From an uncultured delta proteobacterium (GTDB lineage Bacteria > Desulfobacterota > Binatia > UBA9968): 64,000 nucleotides of DNA. The notes below the pieces were generated by a model. That model had not been told where the DNA came from and made no database searches. It saw only the letters and a program-made list of their open reading frames with translations. Of this stretch, positions 10,810 through 21,044 are shown piece by piece. The stretch is from positions 32,001-96,000 of the forward strand of contig CAVTUQ010000037.1 in assembly GCA_963737905.1 (NCBI GenBank), written 5' to 3'. A program made the position numbers and the translations under genes. Numbering within the stretch: the first letter of the stretch is position 1; every line of letters starts with the position of its first letter.

Positions 10810-11375
10810 TTGTTTGTATTCGAAAAATGCGAACCTATCGTCGCGCAGGATTGCCTTAACTTCTTTTGCCGGTCAGACCAACACCCCACAACTGTTTCTG
10901 AAACAAGCGCCTATAGGCTGCCGGAGATTGAAACGTTAATTATGTCAAACCCAAGATTTTCGAACCATTCAAGGATTTCATTATAACTGTGCCTATGGGC
11001 GTACCGAGGAGATAGCCAGTCTCTTAAATCATGCTCCGTGGTAAAGGTTTCTTGGACTGATTTTTCCCCAAGCTGCGGTACGCCACTCGGCACTCGATAG
11101 TTCGAGAGCGTTCGTAGCGCGTCTGCGTATTCCGTTGTAAACTTTTTGTGGAAATTGGTTTCAAATGTCAGCATTACAGGAACATAGGACCAGATGGGAT
11201 ACCACACTCCACAATGTTGGCACAGCAGTACTCCTTCTCTGACAATCTTTTCAGTTTTCTCTTGTCACAGTCCTTAGTTTCATCGGAATCGTGTTGGAAA
11301 TATTCGATATTCTCCTCGATGAAAGCCTTAGAATGAGGTCGCCCTTACAAGTCGGACAACGCAATGTATTGAAAT
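10810..11375 (-). pseudogene. Fragmented remnant, probably a SAM-dependent methyltransferase
   Basis: ORF 10911-11207 ends in DWLSPRYAHRHSYNEILEWF, which resembles the C-terminus of EPS-cluster methyltransferases; no intact SAM motif seen. Confidence 0.35.
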
Positions 11376-11395
11376 TCTGCGGTTCACCGTGACTT

Positions 11396-12622
11396 TTAAT
11401 TGAGGGGTTCGGACAGTGCCGCAGTGTAGAGATCCAGCATCTCGGTAGCGTAATGCCTGGAGTCGAACAGCAATTCCATCCGGTGCCTAGCGCGCTGCCC
11501 CATTGCTCTTAATTTAGAAACCTGACCGGCATAAGCTATTAAACTATCCCTCCAAGCGCCCACGTCCCCAGCAGCTAAAACTAGCCCAGTGTCTCCGTCA
11601 ACAATGACTTCGGACATTCCTGCTATGTCAGTTCCAAAGACAGCGCGCCCGCAGGCGGATGCTTCCATGACGACGTTAGGCAAACCTTCTTGCATGCTGG
11701 GGACCAGCACCGCATCTGACAAATCGATGTATGCAGGAACCTTGTCTGGGTGGAGATGTCCTACCAAGCGGACTTTGTCCGGCTGCTGAAGCCCCGCTCG
11801 CCAATGAGATATGCGTTCAACATCTGAATTTGGTCCTGCGATTACTAGAGACACATCCGTCGAAATGAGAGCATCTTCGGCTTCTTTCCAAGCTGCAAGC
11901 AATGTTTCTCCCCCTTTTCTATTGGCGCCGTGCGGCGATTCGGGTTCCACCGGAAAACCACCTAGAAAAAGAAACACAGTCTCCTTTCGATCGCTGAGTC
12001 GACACCTGCCAGGTCCTAAAGGTTTGTACTTCTCTAGGTCGACACCTCGGTAAATCGTGCGGACGTTAGGAGCCTGAGCATAAAGCGCGACAAATCCGTT
12101 AGCTAAAGCACGACTATTGCACGCCACGCCGTGAAGATGCTTCTCCCAGCCCGCGACCAATGGGGAATGCATTCGCGCTGATATCAAAACAGGATCAAAA
12201 GTAACCTGTGTAACGTGATGCGCATGCGCCAAGCGTGCCCAGGTGCTAGCTATTGTCCCCACAAGCGCCGCATCGACTGAATGGATGAGATTACAGGACT
12301 CCAAGAACGGTCGGACGAGAGGCCAACCAAGATATCGATATAGAAATATGTTCAAATTACCGCCTCCCGGCAGCTGTGGAACAGCAACGGTTATTACGCG
12401 TATTCCGTCAAACTCTGAAATCTCGACCATACGCCGGTTTGGCTTCCAGGCACGCAAATACAACACTGTTACGTCTACTACCCGCCTCAACGCCTGTGCA
12501 GCGCGCAAATTAAAAACACCACTATTGGGCCTGTCATCATTTGGAAAACCTATTACGACCAAGGCAACTCGAATTCTGCGGGGCTGTTTGTCCGAAAGTA
12601 TGCCTGTCATTTTCTCTTGCAC
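11396..12622 (-). CDS. GT4 glycosyltransferase
   Basis: PSMQEGLPNVVMEASACG (EX7E) motif. Confidence 0.92.
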   Translation of the reverse strand: MQEKMTGILSDKQPRRIRVALVVIGFPNDDRPNSGVFNLRAAQALRRVVDVTVLYLRAWKPNRRMVEISEFDGIRVITVAVPQLPGGGNLNIFLYRYLGWPLVRPFLESCNLIHSVDAALVGTIASTWARLAHAHHVTQVTFDPVLISARMHSPLVAGWEKHLHGVACNSRALANGFVALYAQAPNVRTIYRGVDLEKYKPLGPGRCRLSDRKETVFLFLGGFPVEPESPHGANRKGGETLLAAWKEAEDALISTDVSLVIAGPNSDVERISHWRAGLQQPDKVRLVGHLHPDKVPAYIDLSDAVLVPSMQEGLPNVVMEASACGRAVFGTDIAGMSEVIVDGDTGLVLAAGDVGAWRDSLIAYAGQVSKLRAMGQRARHRMELLFDSRHYATEMLDLYTAALSEPLN

Positions 12623-12681
12623 GCTGTCGTGTTAGAAGTCATAGTTGCTGACTTTCGATTGATTGTAAGCTTGTGCAAGGA

Positions 12682-14024
12682 TTATGCAGCAACTTCAGGA
12701 GGACGGCGTAAGTGCGGTTCCCGGCTTGCATTACTAGGAACCGGATCGGCTTGTATGCGTTTCGGCGACCCGACTGGAAGATAACTGGCGCTACTCAGAG
12801 CGTAGGCTAACACAACCCAGAAGAGTTTGTCATAATGAGATGATCCACTCATTCCGCGGTAAGAAAAAAAGTAGCAGCGACATGGGCAAAGCTCCTTGAA
12901 TGCCTTGACGCGAACGCCATGCCGCGCGCCAACAAAGCCATAGCCCGATCAAGAACGGTACAGCTCCCAATAGACCTGTCTCAGTCAATAACCAAAGATA
13001 CACACTATGCGGATCTCTAGGTGTACGAAGGCTAAGACGGGACCCGATTTCAGAGAGGAAATTCCGGGACCCCATCCTGCTAAAGGTTTTTCCAAAAACA
13101 TTTCCCAGGCTGCCGAATAAATAGCATCTCTGCCAGCAGTATCCCCCTCATAATAAGTTCTTTCCCACCGTTCCCGTATGGGTTGAATCTCGTAGGAGAG
13201 CCAACCCAAGGAAACAAGCGCTAGAATAACAACAGTCCCAATTTTGAGCTTAAACTTCAGGCTTTTGCCTTTTAGAAAAAGAACCAACAAACCTGCCGTT
13301 ATCGCTACGGCAACTCCACGAGATCCAGTAATTACGATCGAGATCGCCAAAACGCCGGAACATAACCAGAAAAGCAAACGGGTTTGTAAGTCACTTTTTT
13401 CACGCCCGTAGGCCAGCCCTATAATTGTAAGCAGCCCGAGCGATAAAATCTCGGCAATAATGTTTTCATTGGAATCGAAGGCTGCCTGCCGATCCTGAGC
13501 CGCAATATCACCTGTCATACCAAGAGATTGTAAGCCCGCTACGATGATGCACGACACTGCCAGTGTCAGGAGAGCACCCTTTGTGATCCTCTCATATTGC
13601 ATAAGATTGTAGGAAATCCAAAAAACGACAAGCAGCTGGACAAGCCCTTTTATTCCCTGGATGACCAGCTCTATAACGTCTGGCTCTGACCCAAAGCTCA
13701 CAATTATCTTTGAACCCAAGGCGACGTATACGACTAGATAGACTGCAAACCACCAAAATGCGTTTGGCGGAAGCCGCAAGTGGAAACGCCGCCTGTTCAC
13801 GAGCGCCACGGCCATCGTGACTGCGACAAGGATTAACCCAAGTATTTTGGCAACGGGAACCCGCCGATTTCTATATCCGCTTTCTCCAATGGTAAAGAAA
13901 AAATGAAAGCATAGTAGACATAGCGAACTATGGAGGTAGGAACGAAGGATGCGACGCGTACCCGTCCCCCCAAAAACTCACCTCTGTCAATGTATCTTTG
14001 CTCGAGGATTGGTTTCATGCTCAT
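12682..14024 (-). CDS. O-antigen ligase/Wzy polymerase family membrane protein (several frameshifts)
   Basis: Pieces 13833-14024, 12985-13815, 12830-13075: TGSRG, AGRDAIY, PLAGWG, DPHSVYLWLLTETGLLG. Confidence 0.8.
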
Positions 14025-14215
14025 CGATAGAGCACAGAATGTGGGAGCTTCACAGCAATCTAGTTGTATACGTTAGCAGAAAGGCAGGATCTCACGAAAT
14101 AGACGGACGATTAGAGGATATCGCATCACGTCAAAGGGAAAACCAACGAAATCGAATACGGGTCATGCCGTGGTGTGACGCAACTTTGAACGGCCCCCAC
14201 TTATCTAAAGGAGAC

Positions 14216-15151
14216 CTACAAACGCGTAACTCGGTCGGTATTGACCCAATCGGTGAGCTTTTCCCTAAGTTCAGTCCCCCTCTTGAAGGTCTGTGCCCCG
14301 AGTAAGGAAAGACAGAATCTAAAATAACTTCTAATATCAAAAGGATATAGCTTTATAGCCTTTAAAAGAGCCTCTCTACCTTTACCAATCTCTCCAACGA
14401 GACAATAAAATACTCCAAGACGATGGTAGCGATCGCTCAAATGTTTCTTATCTAAGGCAAGGAAGTGCTCATACTTCCTGTTAAACATTTCCATGCCCTT
14501 AATCATCAGCTCGTAATCGTGGGACAGCTTATTCTCGTGGACGTAATAATTAACCAAAGCATCTCGAATATATTCAAAGTGAAATTCTCTTGAGATGCGA
14601 GTCCACATATCATAGTCAGCCCCAAACGGTATACTCACGTCGAACAATCCGACCTTTTCAAAGCAGGCTTTTCTTATAAGAACCGTGGAAGGAGTTGCAA
14701 CCCAATTCTGGATAAACATATCATGAAAGATGTTTCCTCGCTTTGTGGGTACTCTTCGAGCGAGGGTTTTTCCGGTTTTTCTGTCGATTTTGAGAAAACC
14801 GGTATAAACGCCGCCGACAAACAGCGAACTACTGTCCATCAAATCGACTTGCCTTTGTAGCTTGTCCGGCATCCATTCATCATCGTCGTCTAGGAAGGCG
14901 ATATATTCGCCCTTTGAGTTCTCCACTCCGGTATTTCTCGCTCCACCTTCCTTCTTGTTGGTTTCGTGTCGTATGTATCTAATTCTCCGATCGCTAAAAG
15001 ATTGTACCACCCCGGGAGTATTGTCCTTAGAAGCGTCATCCACCACGATCAGTTCAAAATCCTGAAATGTCTGGTTCAGTACGCTCTTAATGGCTGAACG
15101 CAGAAGCTCAGCACGATTGTAGGTGATAATGATCACACTGACTTTCAGCAA
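14216..15151 (-). CDS. GT2 glycosyltransferase
   Basis: VSVIIITYNR, VVDDAS, AFLDDDD; TPR-like C-terminus. Confidence 0.93.
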   Translation of the reverse strand: MLKVSVIIITYNRAELLRSAIKSVLNQTFQDFELIVVDDASKDNTPGVVQSFSDRRIRYIRHETNKKEGGARNTGVENSKGEYIAFLDDDDEWMPDKLQRQVDLMDSSSLFVGGVYTGFLKIDRKTGKTLARRVPTKRGNIFHDMFIQNWVATPSTVLIRKACFEKVGLFDVSIPFGADYDMWTRISREFHFEYIRDALVNYYVHENKLSHDYELMIKGMEMFNRKYEHFLALDKKHLSDRYHRLGVFYCLVGEIGKGREALLKAIKLYPFDIRSYFRFCLSLLGAQTFKRGTELREKLTDWVNTDRVTRL

Positions 15152-15179
15152 CTTTATTACTCCTGTAAATTAGCCATGT

Positions 15180-16097
15180 CTAACTTCTGGCTAAAAACGT
15201 CAGAAGATTGGTTTTGGCGTCTTTGAACTTTACAAACCTGGCCGGCCCGAGGAGAGAGAGACAGAGGTTGAAATAGTGCCTAATCTCAAACGGATATAAT
15301 CGTATCGCCTGTAAATAAGACCTTCTCGCTGCAGCCCTGCTCCCTTGATAGCAGAAACTTACCCCAAGATTCAGGTACTGATAACTAAGATATTTTCGAA
15401 AGGCGGCGGAGTCCCCATATTTCACTAACATGATCTCCATTCCGTCACCCAACGCGTCAGGGTTGCCCCAGATTTTTTTTGGATGGACATAATATTTGAG
15501 TAGAGGCTCTTTAATATGATCGAATCGAAATTCTTGCGAAATGCGAATCCAGAGATCGTAATCCTGAAAACTCGGTAAAGTTTCATCGAACATACCCACT
15601 TTCTTGAAACACTCTCTTTTCAAAAGAACAGACGACGTCCCGCCGAGACAATTACGAATCAACAGCTCTTTGGATAAATCCCCTCTTTTCCCAGGAACGA
15701 TTTGGCCAATTGTTTTTCCACTGGATTTATCGACGGTCACGTAACCCGTGTATACGCACCCGACTTCTGGGGGGCTAGCGAGCAACAGGGCTATCTGACG
15801 AGCGAGCTTCTCCGGAAACCATTCATCGTCGTCGTCCAGGAACGCTATGTAGTCGCATTTTGAATTCGCAATGCCGGTATTGCGCGCCGCCGAGCCTCCT
15901 TTCCGGGTTTTGTGGCGGATAAATTTAATACGCTGATCATCGAAGCTGCTGACAACCTCATGGGTATTGTCACTCGAGGCGTCGTCCACCACTATGATTT
16001 CGAAATCTTGAAAGCTTTGCTCTAATACACTGGAAATCGCACTGCGAAGAAATTCAGCGCGATTATGGGTCGGAATAATGACGGTGACTCTCGCCAT
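15180..16097 (-). CDS. GT2 glycosyltransferase (paralog of 14216-15151)
   Basis: VTVIIPTHNR, VVDDAS, AFLDDDD, QDYDLW. Confidence 0.93.
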   Translation of the reverse strand: MARVTVIIPTHNRAEFLRSAISSVLEQSFQDFEIIVVDDASSDNTHEVVSSFDDQRIKFIRHKTRKGGSAARNTGIANSKCDYIAFLDDDDEWFPEKLARQIALLLASPPEVGCVYTGYVTVDKSSGKTIGQIVPGKRGDLSKELLIRNCLGGTSSVLLKRECFKKVGMFDETLPSFQDYDLWIRISQEFRFDHIKEPLLKYYVHPKKIWGNPDALGDGMEIMLVKYGDSAAFRKYLSYQYLNLGVSFCYQGSRAAARRSYLQAIRLYPFEIRHYFNLCLSLLGPARFVKFKDAKTNLLTFLARS

Positions 16098-16308
16098 TCT
16101 TACTATACCGTTTCAATCTTAGTTTTGATGGACAATACTACTTTGGAACCCGACTCGAACGGCCTAACCGGTGATTAACTACGCGCAACCGACGATACTT
16201 ACGGAATCACCGACGGCAACCCTTTTGCGCGATCCTCCCCGGGTATGAAGTTTCCTCGCCTGTCGAGGTGGTGTGCTGGGTGCTTTAAAATCCCGGTTAA
16301 ATTTATAG

Positions 16309-17982
16309 TCACTGCCCATCGATCGTTCGGCCTAACATTCTGCTCAAATCCAAGCTTATCTTCCCGCGGGCCTTGCTCTCATGCCCTTTTAACCGATACA
16401 GCGAAAGCGCGTTGGCTGTTCAATTCCGTCTTGAGTCAATGGATAGTTACCCAACAGCTCCCACCGATCCCGATATGCAAGCAAAGTTTCTTTGAGAACC
16501 GAATGATGCTCAACCGGACGCAAGCCAGAATTATCAATCACAACTACACCTACCGGCACCTCCTCCAAGTATTTCATCATCTCTGTTGGAGTTGGGTAAA
16601 CCAGTTTATACTCTTTACCAACCCAGCTACTGCTGGCCAAGACCTTGCTTGCGCGGAGAACAATATGACCGGGCCTTTTTTCGTGCATGGCAACTTCCGA
16701 AATAAACATCCCTTCTGCGTCCCCAGTCCCCACATAGTCGGCGGAGACTAAAAATACAGAATTCCGCAATCCAGGGTTTGAGCCGAGAAATTGAGCAGCG
16801 GTCCGCTAGTCCGGACCATGCCTTCTTAGGAATCGAAAAAGTTTCTACAATAAAGACCAGTGCCACGGCGAAAGCTAAGATTCCCTCTTTCCCGCGAGCA
16901 GAAAGATGATGTAACGGCAATTGGCTAGCCAACCAGACCAGACCAGCGATAAGAAACACAATCAATGCCGGCACAGCCACCGTCATATACCTTTCAGCAA
17001 GCCCGGTCGGAATTATGCAGTGAAATATCCAAGTACTTACTAACAAAGCACCAATAGCAGCCCAGATTCCCTTAGCCCCTTGATGACCAAGCGGTTTCAG
17101 AACTCGCGCGAAAAATCCGGCAGCGACAAGAAACGACAGCCCAACTCCGATAATTTGGACCAAACTCCAGGAATAGTAATAAATAGCGGTAGCCGTATAC
17201 TTCAGAGACGGGCTATCTTCCGCCCACGTGCCCCCTACCATTCTCAGGGTTAACCAATACCAAGGACCGCACAAAACCAACACAATGACCGCCGGCCACC
17301 AAAAACTTACTTGAAAGACCAGACGAAAGCGACGGCAAAAAAGCAAAGCCAATGGAGGAACCAAAATCAAAATTAACCCATTCCCCTTGGTCAAGATGGC
17401 GAGCGCGGCGAAAATGCCGAAGCCGGTTGCCTCCCTTAATTTGCCCGTATCCAAAAATCGACCGAAGCATATTACCGCTAGGAAAATCAGCAGAGCTCCA
17501 AGTATTTCCGTCATCACCATGCCGCTGTAGGATTGGATCAGCGGCAATGCGATCAAAAGCAGCCCAGCAAAGATCCCCAAATTCGCTCCGAACTCATTTC
17601 GGGTTACCATGTAAACCGTCCAAGCCAAGGATCGCAGTCAGTACCGACATCAACAAGATTACAGAACCACGCGACGCAGAGAACGGTAAGGTCCACAGCG
17701 CTTGTACGACATAGAAAGTGGGCGGCCAGTGCCCAAGAGCAACTTCTGGATAATGCACATAGTAATTTTCAGCGAACTCCATGGGTCCACTGAAGTTTAG
17801 ACTGGCTAAATTGGCCAAATAGTCTCTCACCATTAACCCGGTAATGTAATGAGCCGGCTCGTCACCTTGCCCGCCAAATTCGCTGGTAAATGCTCCGCTG
17901 TATAGCTGGAGCGTGACTTGGACTCCAAATAGGAGCAGAAAGACCAGGGCATTAAAGACAGCCGAGCTGTCTTTAGTTTCAT
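16309..17982 (-). CDS. ArnT/PMT-like membrane glycosyltransferase (multiple frameshifts)
   Basis: ATG 17982 MKLKT...GDEPAHYITGLMVRDY, GHWPP, LTKG; pieces 17594-17833, 16627-17628, 16389-16769. Confidence 0.75.
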
Positions 17983-17994
17983 TAACGGTAGAAG

Positions 17995-18450
17995 TTATCG
18001 ACGTCGTAACAAATCTCCACGTCGTGTGTCGTTTAATTTTTGTCGGACGCTAACCCACGCCGATAATTTTTCCCTAAACTCATGTCCTCTCTTGGAGTTC
18101 TCGGCGCCAAACAGCGATAGAAACAACCTAAAATAGTACCGAATATCGAACGGATACAATTTTATCGCCGCCACAAGAGCTTTTCTTCCTTTTCCAGTCT
18201 TTCCCGTACAGCAGTAAAACACTCCGAGACGGTGGTACCGATCACTATAATTTTTTTATCTCGCCTAAGTATCCTGTCATACTTTGTATTAATCGTTTCC
18301 ATCCCTTCGATTATAAGTTCGTAATTGGTTGATGGCGTTCCCACGTAATTCTGAACGAGCATATCTTGAAAGATGTCTCCTCTCTTCGTGGGTATTATTT
18401 GCTCAAGCGCCCTCCCGGTTGTCCTGTCTATTTTAACAAAACCCGTTCAG
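17995..18450 (-). pseudogene. Deleted GT2 remnant (paralog of 14216-15151)
   Basis: TGFVKIDRTTG...PTKRGDIFQDMLVQNYVGTPST joined directly to NYELIIEGME, then AIKLYPFDIRYYF; N-terminus missing. Confidence 0.75.
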
Positions 18451-19682
18451 TAAATGCCGATATATCCTTACGAGTCGATCATTAAGCCTGTCAATGTTGT
18501 AATGTTCTTCGACAAATTGTCTCCCCTTAGAGCCCATAACAGAGCGCAACTCGGGCCGTTCGATCAAATATTTCAATCTATCTGCTAGACTATCGACGTC
18601 CCGCTCCGAAACCAAAAAACCCGACTCACCGTCCTGGATGACTTCAGGAACTCCGGCATGGTAGGTGCTAACCACGGGCAGCCCAGAAGCGAATGCCTCC
18701 ATGATCACTCCAGGGATTCCTTCCTCGTCACCTTTTTCCGTTGTCACACTGGGAGCCATCAGGATATCCGACTCTTGTAACAGTTCAGCAATTTCATCTT
18801 GCGACCTCCACCCGAGCAATTCGATACTGTCACCGACTTTCAGTTCCGATATCAAACTATCCAAATTTTCACGGGACGGCCCGTCGCCCGCAATCTTATA
18901 TTCAAATATGCCGATGTTTCTGTAGCACTTTGGCAACTGCGCGAATCCCGTATTCGACTCCCTTTTTTTCGGAAAGCCGGGCGACCGTCAGGACTCTCAC
19001 CTTTCCGTCTGGTTTCGGTTACTCTCGGACGGAATCCATATTGCTTTATGTCCACGCCCGATCTGTGAACAACGATCTTTCGCTCGTCGCAGCCAAGGCT
19101 TACCAATTTGTCTTTGATATTTTCGCTCACACACAAGAAGAGATCGCCTAGCGTAAGGAGATCTTCGTAGACGCCTTTGCCGTAAAAATTTACATAAGAT
19201 GAAATATCGTAGCCCCGAAACGAAATGATAAGTTTCCCGCGAAAGAGCCCCGCGTCTTTGAGTAGAAGACCCAATTCTCCGAGATTGCCGAATTGGCAAT
19301 GAATAATATCGTAGGGGCCTTTACCCAAAAAGGGAGTGACCTGACAAAGAACCTGTAGCAACAGCGCGCCTTTGCCAAACTTGGCGACATTGAGCGTTTT
19401 TAAAACTACAGTCGGGTCTTTGTGAAAATTTGTGAAAATCAGACCTATGCGTTTTATGAGCCGAACCGGTCGCTGCCTCTGAACAGGCGCAGGCAGTCAG
19501 ATAGCATGTGCGCTTCAATAGATCGTATTTTTCGATATCTGAATGCTCAATAGGGATCCTTGCCTCGACCATAGGCAAAAATATCTACTTCATGTCCGCG
19601 GTTTAGTAGGCCGATAATCTGCCGTAAGAATAAAGGTCTGGGACAGAGCAGGAAATTGGTCGACAATGAAAGCGATTTTCAT
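18433..19682 (-). CDS. WcaL-like GT4 glycosyltransferase (multiple frameshifts)
   Basis: MKIAFIVDQFPALSQTF start at 19682, IIHCQFG, SFRGYDIS, PSVT..GDEEGIPGVIMEA. Confidence 0.85.
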
Positions 19683-19724
19683 GTTGTAAGAGTCTCTGCG
19701 ACCTACGAACAAGAACTCGGATAT

Positions 19725-19852
19725 CTCACCGCGGAGGCGCCGAGAACGAGTATTTGCAAGGAGCATAGAGCATGGTGTTTCCTCAGCCCCTTGCCCTATG
19801 CGCTTTGCGCTTTGCTGTTAATGCTCTGCGAACTCTGTGTCTCTGTGGTGAA
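19725..19852. repeat. Family A foldback repeat with internal 7-mer array
   Basis: CTCACCGCGGAGGCGCCGAG...CTCTGCGAACTCTGTGTCTCTGTGGTGAA. Confidence 0.75.
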
Positions 19853-19894
19853 TAATCCGTGACCGATAATGTTTTTGCTCCCACAAGGCCAGAG

Positions 19895-20929
19895 CTAAGC
19901 CCGCGAAGAAACGTATTTCCAATTTCGTTTTAGCTGCCGGAGCAACTCGTATAACCGAGTTCCGTAAAAAATGGAGAGAAAGTGTCTGAAAGACGGTAGC
20001 TGGCGGAACTTGAAGTACTTCAATACCTTTATTGAGGCGATGAAACGTTCAAAAGGTGACGTAGCCCTTCTTGCTCTGCCGTAATTGGCTCTTGAGAAAA
20101 ATTGCAGACCTTCTCTGAAGACTTCGTCTTTGTTCTCCGGCGCCAGGTCGCGCATTAAAGTGAGCAAAGCTAGCGAGTCTTCGCACCATTCGTTAATGTT
20201 TGCCGCAAAACCCATTTTGTCATCGTGAATTCGGGCGCTGGCCTTCACTTTCGGCACGTCGATTCTGCCGTATTCGGCAGCTAGCCGGACTACAGCCATG
20301 GTGTCGTCGTAGCAATTGTGTTTCGATTTGAAGCCGCCGATTTCTCTCAATCTTTGGGTATTAAATAAGGTGCTGCAGAGATAGATGGTGGTTTGGTTCG
20401 AGAACCATCGCCGAAAAAACTCAGCAATTGGAAGGTCGGCAACTAGATTAGGAACTTCGGATAAAACATCGCCTCGCGAGTTGATCAGGCGCGTCCCCGT
20501 TCGAATAATACCGACATCCGATTTGCCGTTGCTAGCTTGGATACACGACTCAACGAAATCATTGTCAATCAGGTCATCGTCGTTAAGCACCACCAAGTAT
20601 TTTCCTTTTGCTTGTTCCACGCAGAAATTAAAGTTGGCGGTGGCTCCAACATTGGCCTCGTGGCAAAAATACCGTAGCCGCGGGTTGGCGATGCTGGTCA
20701 CAAAAGCCTTTGTATTATCGACCGAGCAATTGTCGGAGACAATGATATCGAGATTGGGGTAAGTTTGTTCTAGAGCGCTTCGCAGAGCTTGGGGCAAATA
20801 ACTACCCGCTCTGTTGTAAGTGGGAATGGCGATGGTAACGAGGGGAGACGAGGGACGAGGGACCGCGGACCGGGGACCGGGGACGGAGGAGAGTTGAGTG
20901 TCGATGGTTGAGGGAGGCGGGGGAAACAT
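19895..20929 (-). CDS. GT2 glycosyltransferase
   Basis: LVTIAIPTYNR, VSDNCS, LNDDD. Confidence 0.9.
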   Translation of the reverse strand: MFPPPPSTIDTQLSSVPGPRSAVPRPSSPLVTIAIPTYNRAGSYLPQALRSALEQTYPNLDIIVSDNCSVDNTKAFVTSIANPRLRYFCHEANVGATANFNFCVEQAKGKYLVVLNDDDLIDNDFVESCIQASNGKSDVGIIRTGTRLINSRGDVLSEVPNLVADLPIAEFFRRWFSNQTTIYLCSTLFNTQRLREIGGFKSKHNCYDDTMAVVRLAAEYGRIDVPKVKASARIHDDKMGFAANINEWCEDSLALLTLMRDLAPENKDEVFREGLQFFSRANYGRARRATSPFERFIASIKVLKYFKFRQLPSFRHFLSIFYGTRLYELLRQLKRNWKYVSSRA

Positions 20930-20993
20930 AGGTGGCAGCTTTTTAGATGGTTCAGAGTTGAGAGTTGAGAGTTCAGGGTTGAGTGTCGAGGGC
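20840..20993. repeat. Family G: degenerate 7-bp tandem arrays (GAGGGAC/GAGAGTT/GAGTGTC)
   Basis: Similar arrays at 23090-23172, 26755-26787, 30040-30143. Confidence 0.7.
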
Positions 20994-21044
20994 CAAAAAA
21001 TGGTTTGTCAGATTTGCGCTAAGTACGGGGCGCAAAAAGTTCTC

